Origin: Lingula anatina
Taxonomy: Eukaryota; Animalia; Brachiopoda
Length of the DNA stretch: 64,000 nt
Reading direction: 5' to 3'
NCBI GenBank assembly: GCA_051362555.1
Contig: CM120643.1
Span: 28,028,848-28,092,847, forward strand
Shown here: in pieces, positions 11,685 through 25,110 of the stretch
How positions within the stretch are numbered: position 1 is the first letter of the stretch
Layout: each line of letters begins with the position of its first letter
The notes under the pieces: generated by a model
What the model was told of the DNA's origin: nothing
Database searches by the model: none
The model's input: only the letters and a program-made list of their open reading frames with translations
Made by a program: the position numbers and the translations under genes

Positions 11685-14600
11685 TTAGTTACTGGACCAC
11701 AGATCACCAACAACCCCGGAGAAATCTGTGACGCTCTGGTGACCTTCACCTTCCTCGAGGACGGTCTCGAGGTTGGGGACATCCTTTGGCAGATTCATGG
11801 AGTCCACCATGTCGCGGTGGTGAGCGCGTTTGATGTGGACTTTGAGGTTGCCTTTCTGCGTGAAGGACATGTCGCAGTAAGAACAGGTGTGCGGTTTCTC
11901 TCCGCTGTGCTTCTTCAGGTGCATCTGGAGAGCGTTCTTCTGGTTGAAGGCCTTGGGGCAAAGGTCACACTGGAAAGGTCGCTCACCTGAGTGGACAAGT
12001 TAATAGCCGATTAATCGCACTGTGATAGACTTTTTAATACTTCGATAATATACTACCAGACACTATATAGTCAATGAGAGAGAGAGAGAGGCATGGCAGG
12101 CACTCATAGATACTCATGACGCTTCTTATAGATACAATATATTCACTACATTCACTTTATGTAAAGACTCATAAAACAAATGCTCTAGTTTCTGACGGAT
12201 AAAGCTAACTTGAATACTAGCAATTTTTAAAACTCATATTTAAAAGCCTGTTCCTGACCTGTGTGTATCCTGACGTGTCTCTCCAGCTGACTTGGTTTAT
12301 TGAAGGACTTCCCACACTGTTCACACTGGTAGGGGGTGGGGCGGGAACGGTTCTGACCAAGGTGAGACTGCATGTGCTCCTTCAGGTGAGGCAGACGCTT
12401 AAATGTCTTATTACATATCTGAAATTATACACATACAATCAATTAATAATAGAAATAAAGCATGGGGTTCACTGTTATGGGAAGACCCTATGATGGACAT
12501 ATTAAGATATGTTGTTTCTTTGGAAGTAGAATGGGGTGGGAGTATCTTAAGGAGTCATGACATACACCAAGATACTGAAATACCATAACTCTGATAAAAC
12601 TTCTGTTTAAATATCAGTTAGCACAGCTGCACAGTGTTTAACACTGAGGATGATATTAATTACTTGAATGCATGTAAATGCCAAGTATTGTAATTAAAGA
12701 CCATTATTCAAAGCAATACCAACCAGCAGATCTGTATTGACGCGGTTGAACTTTATAATAAAAGACACAAGTTATGTGAACCTTCAAAACAAAATAATTT
12801 CCATAATGAACAAATTTTCATACTTGACCAGAATTTGTTACATAGCACTAAAGAAATGAGGTCTGTAACTACACATTCATTCCTGAAGAAGATAATTACC
12901 TGACACAGGAAAGGTCTGTCTGGGTCAGTGGATGTAGCTTCCATGGCATCCTGCAGGTGGTCATCCCCTGTGTCTGTAGTGGTCACAGTGTCAGTGGTCA
13001 ACTCCATGGTGTTAGCTGGGGTGGTGTCCACACTCTCCTCCATGGCCGGCTGTGGGAGGATAAAACATTGGGCTTTATAGTTAATGAAGATCTATAACTG
13101 CCTTCTCATAAACCCATCGTACAAGCTGGATCAAGTAAGTAAGGAGTAATTGACTCTGCTTGCACTAATGTAATTTAGGAAGAATTCCTTGGAGAGTTAG
13201 ATGGATCCCGCTAGTACAATAGTTTTATGGAAATGCTCCCCAAGTCCATGATCCTAATACAGTGCCTGCAGTGACTTCTATTATGTGCAAGAAGGGAGCA
13301 CATTTCAAATAAATCTATACCATTGCTATCAGGTATGGATGAAAGGGAAATATGATGAAATTCCTTTTTTCATTATTCATTTTCTTTTGCATAATAAAAC
13401 AGGGATGGGGGTGAGGAATGGTTATAAAGAAAGGAATTCTTGTTATCATTTCATACATAATCCAGTCACTTTTTAAACTTTCTTAAGTTTCCACAATAAC
13501 AAGAGATAAATTAAACAAAAAGGAAAAAAATCTTAATCCCTAAAAGAACAATTCATCATAATATAAGCTTCACAAGTATTTACAAACAAGAGAAACTTTG
13601 TCACCAACCAACCTCTTCCACTCCAAAATGGTGTTCCTCTCCTCCCACGTGGATCCCGCCAGCACCCCCCTGGGCAGTTTGACCCCCCTGACCCCCCATG
13701 GGGTGGACCAGGATACTGCTGGGGTCAGTGACGGTCACCTGTGACTGGACACCTGCTAACAGATTGGTGTCGGTGCTCTGGAATGCCTGGAAAATTTGCA
13801 GAAAACTGGCATGTACACTTTGTCCAGAATTGTTGTTACTGTGAGGTGGTCCTTAAAATTCAAACTCTGCATTTATTTTAATGTTTTTTTTTTTTGCTAT
13901 TGGTAAAATTTGTTGTGTGATGAATTTTTCAAAGCTATGGACATAAAGTTATTAACTACTAGTAAATAAGTCAGTTAACATGTTGCTCTTTACAAATTGA
14001 CCTCAGATCTTCATAATGGCCTTTACTAGAGATTGTTTTAATTTATATTACAACTATAATTTCTATAACACCAACTTCAATTCAGTCCTGGTGACAAAAA
14101 CTGCTACAAGCCGTGTCTATGGGGATGTATAATACAAGGGATCTATACTCTGTTATTTGTTACCTGTGTGACAATATTTGGATTAATGGACAGATTGATG
14201 CTCTGTGCCTGTAGTTATTAGTTACCTGTGTGACAATATTTGGGTTAATAGACAGATTGATGCCCTGTGCCTGTATTTGTTAGTTACCTGTGTGACAATA
14301 TTTGGGTTAATAGACAGATTGATGCCCTGTGCCTGTAGTTGCTGGAGGAGGTTGGCGTCTATCTGGACAGTCTGGGTCAGCAGGTTGGGGTCAATCCCAG
14401 TGATGTGGATGGCCTGACCAGTCCCTCCGGACACCTGTAGCTGGATACCTGGAGGGAGAGAAGGAGTGGATGATAAAACATTTTACTCTCATATCATGTT
14501 AACACAAACACAAATACCTGAATAGAGACAACTGGCCACTTGGCTTATGTGACGTGAGGGTCAACACAACACGCTCACTCACAAACACAAACACCTGGGC

Positions 14601-17600
14601 AGAGATGAGTGACAACTCTTGTCAACGCTACCCTGGCGGTCAACACAAGAAATATGCATACACAAACACATACACACTAGTCTATGATAATTCATGGAGC
14701 CAAATTTCATGATATATAACAAAACTATCATTATATTCGGTAACTGATTAAAATCATTTTAAATATTTCCACCAGCATGTTTACATTCCTTCTAATATAT
14801 ATAAAACTACACAAGATCATTCACTTTATAAACTAGTGATACAAACTACCATAAAAAAATTCAATATAAAACAAACTAATTTAATTTAAGCAAAATTAAG
14901 ACTATTTATCATAATTTCATTATAACAAAGTATCACAATAACAGTAGACATATAACAAACTATCACAATAATAGCAGATATATAACAAAATATCAAATTA
15001 ACAGTAGATATTTAAACAAACTATCAAAATAACAGAAGATTTATTCAAACAAAGGTCCATGTTGCCCACCTTCCATTCCCTGTAACACCTGAGCCGAGAT
15101 ATTCGACTCCCCTCCCGTGGTGCCAGTGGTCACCATATTACCCGCTGTAGCTGTCAGCTGGTCGGGAATGGACAGCGACACAGGCATCAGCGTCTGCTGG
15201 AGTAGTGAGGGGTCAAGGCTGATGACCTGGTTGCCCAGTGTGGCCTGAATGTTCTGGTCAGTGTTGTATAACACCTGGCCCACCTGCTGCATGTCTGTGG
15301 TGTTAATGTTGTGGCGCGTGCTGGTCTTCCTGCGTTTGGGCTGAGCGGGGCGGAAGTGGGTCTGAATGTGGCTTTTGCGATGTCCAGATGTGCGGAAACG
15401 TTCATCACAGTGTGGGCACTTGAAGGGCTTTGCGCCAGTGTGCAGGCGCATGTGCACTTTTAGACTTCCTTTTGTGGAGAAGTTGGAGTTGCAGACATGA
15501 CACTTGAAAACTTTCTCAGCTGAAGTAAATTTGGAGATATTTAAAGCTATTCCTTGTGCTGCCATATGCCAGGAAGCAGTGTTTGTACTCAGGGATATAC
15601 CTCAAACAATGTCTTAAATTTTTAAAATAAGTTTGTGTTTACAAGTGTTAATTAACTGATGTAAAGTGCACTTTTTCGTATTAGTTTAAAAACATTTTAC
15701 GAAAGACTTGCAGCTAATACATGTATTTAATAAGCTTTAACTGTTCACATAAAATCAACTTTGTAATAATGGTAGAAAAGCATGATACAGAAGACTAGCC
15801 CACAATTAAAACAGTTGACATGGTTTAATGCCACCACCGAGAACATCAACTGTAACTCACTTGGTCTGTGTGTTTTCATATGGGAATCTAGTGTAGATTT
15901 GACCGTGAAAGTTCGAGAGCAGATTGTGCAGGCATAAGGTTTCTCTCCTGTGTGGATTCGCTTATGGCGGACAAGATCACTTGGTTTCTTGAAGCTCTTG
16001 GGACATCTAAAAGAAAATGAGAAGACTCTTTCTTGCATCAAAAACAATAAACAGCAAAAGTTAGTATCTGACTTTTCCCTCTCCCTTGCCATATTAACTT
16101 GAAACACTTATGGACTTATGCAAAGCATATGATACAAGTATCATTCAGTGAGAAGATATGCAAAAATAAAGTTGTGGAAAGATCTAACCAGCATTTCATA
16201 AGACACGTATAATTCCTGTATTATATAAGGTAAAGAGAAAGGAATATGTTAGCTGTGTTGAAGTCAAAGTCACACAAGAGTTGGTGATTGAATTCTATAT
16301 ATGTATCCCCACTTTATGCTAGATCTACACCAGGAAATATTGCTGAACAATTTTTTGTCTTTGAAATCTTACTTATCACAAGCATGAGCGTATTTGGGTT
16401 CCTTCTCTGGCTCTTTATCCATCTCACTGACTCTTTCCTTCTCAGCCGCTGATTCGATGAGAATTTTCTCAGAGAGGGAGGCGTGTTCGTCTGGCATTGC
16501 TTTCCTAAGTTCCGCAGCCTGTTCTTCTGTAAATTGGATGACGGCAGAGCGTGTACGCTTCTGGACTCCTTCCTCTTCATCTTCTGTTGTTTGTAGATGT
16601 AAAGATATCAAAATGATTACGGTAACTACTATAATGATTGTATATTCCACATCAATAAGAATGCTCAGAGAAGAAAAGTGAGATATTTTTGAAATTTAAC
16701 AAAAAACAAACTGTTTACATTGATGACTTGGTAAAATTTAAGGCTCGTGCATGTAAAGTTTTTGATGTACACAATATACGGAAAATAACCTGATGACTAT
16801 ATATCAAGTCATGAAAAAAAAAATTGTGCAGATAAATGTGCAATGCATCTTAATCACTGCAAAGCAACTTGTAGACAGATGAAAGACAATCTTCTTAATA
16901 ACTAATTTTCGCTAATATGAAACCAAAGCTCAACTTCAAGTGATTATTCCATTAAAAAAGTTCCTGCTACAATGATTTAAAGAAAAAAAAAATCAACACT
17001 GTCTCTCTCACCTCCATCATCCTCGTTGTCAATACTCTCCTTATGCAGCTTCATGTGTCTTTTACACAACACAGACGTGCGAAACGTCTCCTCGCAGTAC
17101 ATGCATTTAAACGGGCGTATGCTGCTGTGGATCATCATGTGACGCGTTAGAGAGCCGTTCGTAGTAAATAAGGCGTTGCAGATTTCACACTTGAAGTCTC
17201 TCTGGCCAGAGTGGGTCTTTAAGTGTGCCTTGAGAACTCCCATTGAGACAAACATCCTGCCACACTGCAGGCATTTATATGGCTTCTCTCCTACAAGACA
17301 ACCAGTTAGATATTTATAAACAATTTCAGATAAATATCAAGGCTCAGTGATGTATTCAGTACCCCCACTGAGCCTATTATCAATGACTGGCAATACGTGA
17401 CATGATATTAGGCAGAACATCACCATGGTGATACAACTATGTTCTACACTGTCATCAGTTCAAATGAAACACACATGGGTATGGGTATCGTTCAGTAACA
17501 CATCAAATTGTTAGCTTTGCGGTAACATGGCAGGCTCAATGGGTGCAACATTTCAACAGGCATGACCAACTAGGGATGTGATTACTAGTACTATCAATAT

Positions 17601-20600
17601 GGTGTCCAGGCTGTAAGGTCAACATGAATGAACCAACTAGGGATGTGATTAATATCAGCATGATGTCCAGGAGCTGGCACCACTCACCTGTGTGTGACCT
17701 GACATGCTGCTTGAGGTGGGAGGATTTCTTGAAGGATTTCTCACAGTAGCCACACCTGTACGTCTTCTTGGCCTCTTCCTCTTCCTCCTCCAGTAAACCG
17801 TCATCTTTGTCCACTTCTCCGTCGTCCAATAATGGCTCCCTAGATAAGTTCACAAAAAGATCAAAATGTAGGATGATTTTGTTTTTGTAAATGATAAAGC
17901 AGAAAGTTGCAGAATTATGAAATGGTTCTGTTTTTTATTTTTTTTAAATGATACAATGTTGACAATTCTCTGAAGAAAAAACAAGATATTTTCAGAAGTC
18001 AGGATGACCTCGCCCAGTAAAAACACATAAAACTAATTATTTAAAATTTGTAAATGATAGCATTTCGGATATTTGAAAGTGCCATTTCAATCAATATACC
18101 TGGTCAGCAATATGTTGTTCATGTTAGTACTGGGCAGTGATGACCCTATGGCTGGAGTGGTCTGAGGGAAGGAGGTGGTCAGTTCTACTTACCTGGTCTG
18201 TAGTATGTTGTTCATGTTAGTACTGGGCAGTGATGACCCTATGGCTGGAGTGGTCTGAGGGAAAGAAGTGGTCAGGGAGTCCAGGGCACTCTGAAGGTTA
18301 CCAGACTGAAGAAGACCAGAGAATATTGAGGTCAAATAACATCATGATGAGGAACATAACTGTCAGTAGTACACAGGATTCTGACATTATCAAATATAAG
18401 ACCTGACATATTTAATTTTTTTTCTAATATCGTGTGTTTATTTTTGGCCTATTACAATAATATGTTATAAAGGATACAGGGTACTATTTCGGATAATGTC
18501 TTCGAACTGATGCTAAGAAAAACGTAAATACACCAGAACTACATACCTGTAGAGCAGTAAACTGGTTCTGAGCCAGGAGCTGGTTGAGGTTGGGTTGTTG
18601 ATTTAAGAGACTCTGGCTGATGTTCTGTTGACCAAGGACCTGAAAACATTGTATGACTAATTATCATCATATAACACATAATATTAACCCTCAACAATGA
18701 TAAAATAATTTATATGTACAGTTCCTCTCTCAATAAATTACCATAAAATTGCAATGGAGGTACCAGGAGCTCATATCATCATATAACACATAACACAAAC
18801 TGTCTACTGTAACAATAAAATATCATGTACAACTGATCTCGCCTTTTTAATTGCTGTATAATTGCAATGGCAGTACCAGGGGTAGAGTGGGTTACATGCC
18901 TCCCCTCTTCCATACACCCACTGAGCTGTAGAGGTGCCCATACTCCCATTTCAAAAACAGTATAATGTACTATGCATGTTCTATGTCATCTTACCTGCTG
19001 GTTCAGAGTCTGCTGTAACTGTTGATCTAGGTTGTCATGGAGCAAGCTAGGCTGGTTTAGGTCCTGCTGACCTGGAGATAAATAAATAAATAAATAAACA
19101 TATCCAAATCAATTAATACTTTAGTAGTTAAATTTCATATTAAAATTGATATTAAAATAAGTAGAAAGAAGTGGTTCAGTGGCCTTACTAACAGGGTGTT
19201 GAAGGCACCTGAAAAGTGCAGATATTCTGTTGGTCCAGGATTTTTGATTTAAATCGAAAGAAAATAGTCCATCTTCTGTACCTAAACCTTGCTGAGCCAT
19301 CCCCCTCTGCTGGTCCAGCTCTTGTTGCAGCACCAGACTGCTCGCATGCTGCTCGTCCTGGGGAGGCATGGGGGCCACAAATTCCTCTCGATGGGGTTCC
19401 TGGGTCTCTCTGATTGGCTGAGCTGTCTGCTGCTGTTGCTGCATGGCTTGCATGGCAAGTTCATGTCTGAAAACAAGGTAGGAAAATTAGAATGATGTTA
19501 AAATAAATATTCATTGATTTATATCATTTAAAGCTTCATCTTATGACTTAAGCTGAGAACATGTCCTGTTTTTCTGACATACAGTAATCTATAACAGGGA
19601 ATTTGAGTAATAAAGTTAAATATGGTAATGTATGATTGAAGTGCAAAAAAAGATCAGACTTTAATTTTAAGTACTTCATTCTGTGTTTATCACAGCTGGC
19701 AGTACAATTAATGTTAATGTGACATCCACCAGAAGAGTGAAAATTTCTTCAACCAATCAAATCTAAAAACTAATCATATTACAATAAAACCATTCCAAGA
19801 GCAGTACACCATCACTCACCTGTGTGTCTTCATGTGTTTCTTACAGTTAACAGAGGTTTTGAAGGTCTTCTGGCAGTAAGGACACATAAACGGTCTCACC
19901 TCACTGTGGGTGGACATATGTCTCTTCAGGCTGCCGTTAGTGGTGAAAGAGCTGTCACAGATGAGACACTTGTAGTTCTTGGTCCCCGTGTGCGTACGCA
20001 GGTGAGCTTTGAGGACGCCACTTGACACGAAGGAGCGGTGACACTGTAGACATTTGTATGGTTTCTCACCTGAGAGGTGAACAAATCAAATTAAATTCTT
20101 AATACCCTACACAAGAGTGCAATTTGAATTTTGGTAGACATCTCATAATAGGAAAATGACGTCAAAATCTTAGGATCAGCCTGACAGATACTAGTATGAG
20201 CAGTTCTACATGGCTGGACATAAATTTGACTCATTGACAATTTTAGCACACAGGCATAAATGAACACATGTACATAATGAACACACATACAAGCATTATA
20301 AACACCACGGGTATTACATCATTCTCCTACCTGTTTGAGATCTAATGTGTCCTTTCTGTTGACAAGACATTATTTAAAGTAAATGGCCATTCTAACATGC
20401 ACCCATCCACCCACATACACATACAATGTGTGATTCCTACCTGTATGAGATCTAATATGTTGTTTGAGATGACTGGACTTCTTAAACCCCCTTGAGCAGT
20501 AGCCACACTTGTATGGTCTGTCCACACTGCCTGCCTCCCCCAGATACTGGGTAAACATGTGGCTGTTCCTGGGGGGCTGCTGGATTAGACCTGTGTCTGT

Positions 20601-21983
20601 GATTAAAATAGGTTCCTGCAAGGGTACATCAGGTAGCTGAAGATCAGATTTTGCAGGTCGTCGCACAACCTTTCGCACCTTCCGCGTGATGCCTGCAGCC
20701 TCAGCATGCATGTCACGTAAATGTGAACCCACGTGGTTCCTACGATGGCTTGCTGTACGGAATTTCTTGTCACAATGAGGACAGTCGTACGGTTTAGTAC
20801 CTAAAAGAAAAACATTTCTTACGTTTCCTCTGGAATCCATACATATTTGTGATGTGACGGAATTCACCCCGCTAAAATCACTAAGAACAAGAAACATTTT
20901 GTCAAATATTTGAGAAAATATTTAGGTTTTAATTCACGACTGAAATCTGTCAACAGCAGAAAATAATTTTACAATACTAACTACAATCAACATCCATATA
21001 ATTACAAAAATTACAGATTAATCAATGAATCTCGAGGAGCTACATCCTAGGTGACTTTCATGATTATACAACGCCTGCACAAACATGTGCCCGCACACTC
21101 ACCTGTGTGTAAGCGGAGATGTATCTTCAGACTGCCAGGAGTGGAGAACATCTTGTCACACACTGCACATTTAAATTCCTTGATTCCAGTGTGAGTCTTG
21201 AGAAATAAAAATATAAAGATCAAAACTTGAAGCTATAAGTAGTAGAGCCATACCCGGGCACCACCTGGAACACTGGTGAGGTAATTACTAGATAGATCTT
21301 TTCACTGGGGAAAATTATGAGTTTTACATATACTGTACTTCTTCAAGACCTTAATTCTTAAAATTGAGTGGTAAGAGCAAAATTGAAAAGCAGGCTACAC
21401 TTTTGTTCTATTTTGTGCAGTGCAAACACCACAAAAACTAAATAAATGTGTCATTTTTATAATATCAAAATTATGTAGCTGAAAAATTCATTGATGACTT
21501 TTGCCCATTGAAAAGATTGTGCCATTACCATGGTCAAAACAGGTCTTGGGAGGTCCAGTTGTACACAGCATTTCTTGATAATCAACTTAACTGATAAGGT
21601 TCATGTCTACAGCATGACATTACTGCTACAAAGGAAACTTGTGTATCCATTTAATATGAAGTACACATTGTTCATTCAAGTGATATCCCACAAATCAGAT
21701 ACCAATGATCTTCAGTTCAAAGGCAAATAGGTCATTTTTAAATACCTTCAGATGTGATGTGAGGGTGCTCTTCACAGCAAAAGAGCGGTAGCACTGGGAG
21801 CACTTGTATGGCTTCTCATGGGTGTGGATCCTGATGTGGCGGACCAGATCACTGGGCTTCTTGAACTCCTTGGAACAGTATGTGCACTGATGCCACCTCA
21901 CGCCATTCACCTGGATATATCATTATCATATGTTATCATATATTATCATATATTATTGATCTGGAGGTGTGAGCCATAGGAAT

Positions 21984-22058
<75 letters not shown>

Positions 22059-25000
22059 ATGTGAGAAGAAGAGGTAAAGAGAGACAAGAAATGGCAAAGG
22101 GGGTAATTATAGGATCTCATGCTTGAAAGACAAACCTACCCATCAAAATTCAATCACATACTTGTACAATATCAAAAACTAAAAACCATCACATCAAATA
22201 TCATATTGTTAATACTTATCATGGTCATGACCTACTTTTCTGATGATGTGTTTCTTCATCGTCCCCGTGGCTGCGTCTCGTATACTCAGCGTGGTGGTCA
22301 CTCCTGATCTGCTAGACTGGACAATGTTGCTGTGAGAGGCCCCCAGACCAGTGGACGTCTGACTGCCCTCTGTCCCTGTGAGGCCTGTACTCTCCAGGGC
22401 CTGCTGCAGGATGTCTGAGTTACTGTTGTCTCCTGTCATCATCTGGGGAATAACAGAATAGAGTTTGTCTATAGAATATAATAATCTTAATATAATAGTG
22501 ATGTGCTAAGTCTAGACCCCAGTCTCAGGGAGGCCTTTAATAGAAAATAAGTAATTAACATCAGCTATCATTATGCATCTGGTATTTATTTCCTTTGCCT
22601 GCATGCCTCTTTTTTTCATAAATCTAGCTCTTATTATAACAAAATATGGAATATGCCATGAATTTTCACTATTATCATTACTATAATTATTATTACTATT
22701 ATCACTATTATTATTATTACTATAATTATTCTTATCACTATTATAATTATTGTTATTATTATATCCATCCATGTCTCACCTGCTCAGACTGCTGCTGTTT
22801 CTGCTGTTGCTGCTGTCGTTGTTGTTGTTGCTGTGACTGTTGCTGCCCGTTGTCCTGCGTCTGCTCTGACAGCTGCAGGAGATGCTGGATGACATCGTTG
22901 ACATTTCTGGCAGCAGGTTCTCCCGAGGAGTCCTGTGGGGGACAGGCGTCTGTGTCCTGAGGTTAGACAGGATTTTAAGAATTTCAAAAAAATTCATGTG
23001 AAAACTCTACTGATATGTTGGAGTTGTTTCTCCTGACAGTTCTTACTTAGAAAAGCTATTCATCTTTGAAATATGAAAAATATTCAGAATATTCAATTTA
23101 ACAAAAATAACTAATTCTAAATGACACTAATGATTCCCCACAGCTCTTATTTCTGAGAATGTCTGAAGAAGAAAAATGTCCCAACATGTGTGGGGATAGA
23201 GAATAACCACAGTTACAGAAATCAAAGCACCTAATGGTTTCTAAAAAGTGGAATACCGAAAAAAAATTGAAAAGCAGTAACGAATCATGTTCTAATCATC
23301 TTATGCATATTCTGAAATCTAATTAGACTGTTCTAATGTGTAGAAAATTATTTTTCAACAACAACAACCAAGTCTACATCCTACTTACCAAGATTTTCTC
23401 AGCATGGACTCTACTCATGTGCGCGTTCAGACTGCCCAGTTTTCTGAAATGACAGCTGCACTCCTCACACTGGTAGATGGGGCCCTCGTACTCCTCCAGG
23501 TCTGTGTGAACACGCTGGAAAACAAGACAACAATCAGGATGAACACCCATTAAAACACACCACCTGCCTGGCAAATGAATGGCATGATATGTCCCAGAGT
23601 GTGAGTACAGGATTGATTTTATTTAACCCCAATTTTATAACCTCATGAGTCCAGCATTAGTCAATTAATTTTTTCCTCTAATGTGACAACACCTGCACAT
23701 TTTACTTTGTATAATAATTTTCTTTGAAATTTATGAAACCAAAATAATGTCTTCACCCTTTGGATTCTTTAGTAAATTACAGTGCATATACTGGAAGATA
23801 ATTCTTGTTTATATAAGTAGGAGCATTTAGGAAAACCAATGTGATATTTCTTTCTCAAAGTAATACAAAATTTTTCATATTTGAAAGTCACAGCAAAGAA
23901 AGTGTATTGACACAATAAGCAGCAAGGACAATAAATTCTAGTTTTATAATCTTGGTAAATTTCCTGAACAAGTTTAAAACAAAACTTCAGACTTCTCTCC
24001 ACTTCATCTTTTCAAATACTAGCCTTACCTGAAGATGAGCTCTGAGGTTTCCTTTCTGTGTGAAGGACACAGGACACAGGTGACACTTCCCTGAAGATGA
24101 GCTCTGAGGTTTCCTTTCTGTGTGAAGGACATAGGACACAGGTGACACTTACCTGAAGATGAGCTTTGAGGTTTCCTTTCTGTGTGAAGGACACAGGACA
24201 CAGGTGACACTTACCTGAAGATGAGCTCTGAGGTTTCCTTTCTGTGTGAAGGACAAAGGACACAGGTGACACTTACCTGAAGATGAGCTCTGAGGTTTCC
24301 TTTCTGTGTAAAGGACATAGGACACAGGTGACACTTGTGTGGCTTGTGCTTCTCATGCTGAGCTATGTGTGTCTGCAGCGCCCCCTTTTGGTTGAAAGCT
24401 TTCTCACAGTGCGGACATTTGAATGGACGCTCCCCTAAAAACATAAGTCACCTCGGTTAAAATAATCAAGATGAACTTATTAGAGTATATGTTTATAGCA
24501 ATTCTTTCCCATTTCAAGTAAATCTCTTGGATGGTAAAAAATCATATTTTAATCTCATACAAAATGCTTACCTTTTCACCCAAATTTAATTGAACATAAA
24601 ATATTAACCTCAGAAAGATACCATACTGGTTAACTAAACAAAATAACGGAAATAAATGATCCAGTCTTGCTCCATTTTAAAATAAATACTTTCACACATT
24701 TCCACCTGTGTGAATCCTGATGTGTCGTGTCAGCTGGCTGGGTTTCTGGAAAGTTTTGTTACAGTACTGACACCTCTGAGAGAACCCACTGCGGTCAACG
24801 TTCCTCTTATACTTGGGTTGACTGAATGTCATTCTGTGAATATGGAAATAGAAGTCCATAATCTCCTTAAATACTGTAACAAATTTTCTTCTTTCTTTCT
24901 TTATTATTTTTATTATTATTATTGTAACCTTTTCAATGGTCAGTAGTTTCTACAGTATATATCGTAATGACTACTCTTTAATTTTTTTGTGATGAATTAT

Positions 25001-25059
25001 CTTAAATTTTCATTACATATTTCCAAACATGAACTGCAGTTCAATTTATGTACACCAAA

Positions 25060-25110
<51 letters not shown>

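Noticed and set aside
22512-22997. Asn-, Tyr- and Cys-rich ORFs
   Set aside because: Translations of an intronic (TAT)n-like tract and of alternative frames of the ZNF236 polyQ exon.
24024-24336. CRISPR-like regular array
   Set aside because: The units are contiguous with no unique spacers, derive from a host exon and lie in a eukaryotic gene with no cas genes.
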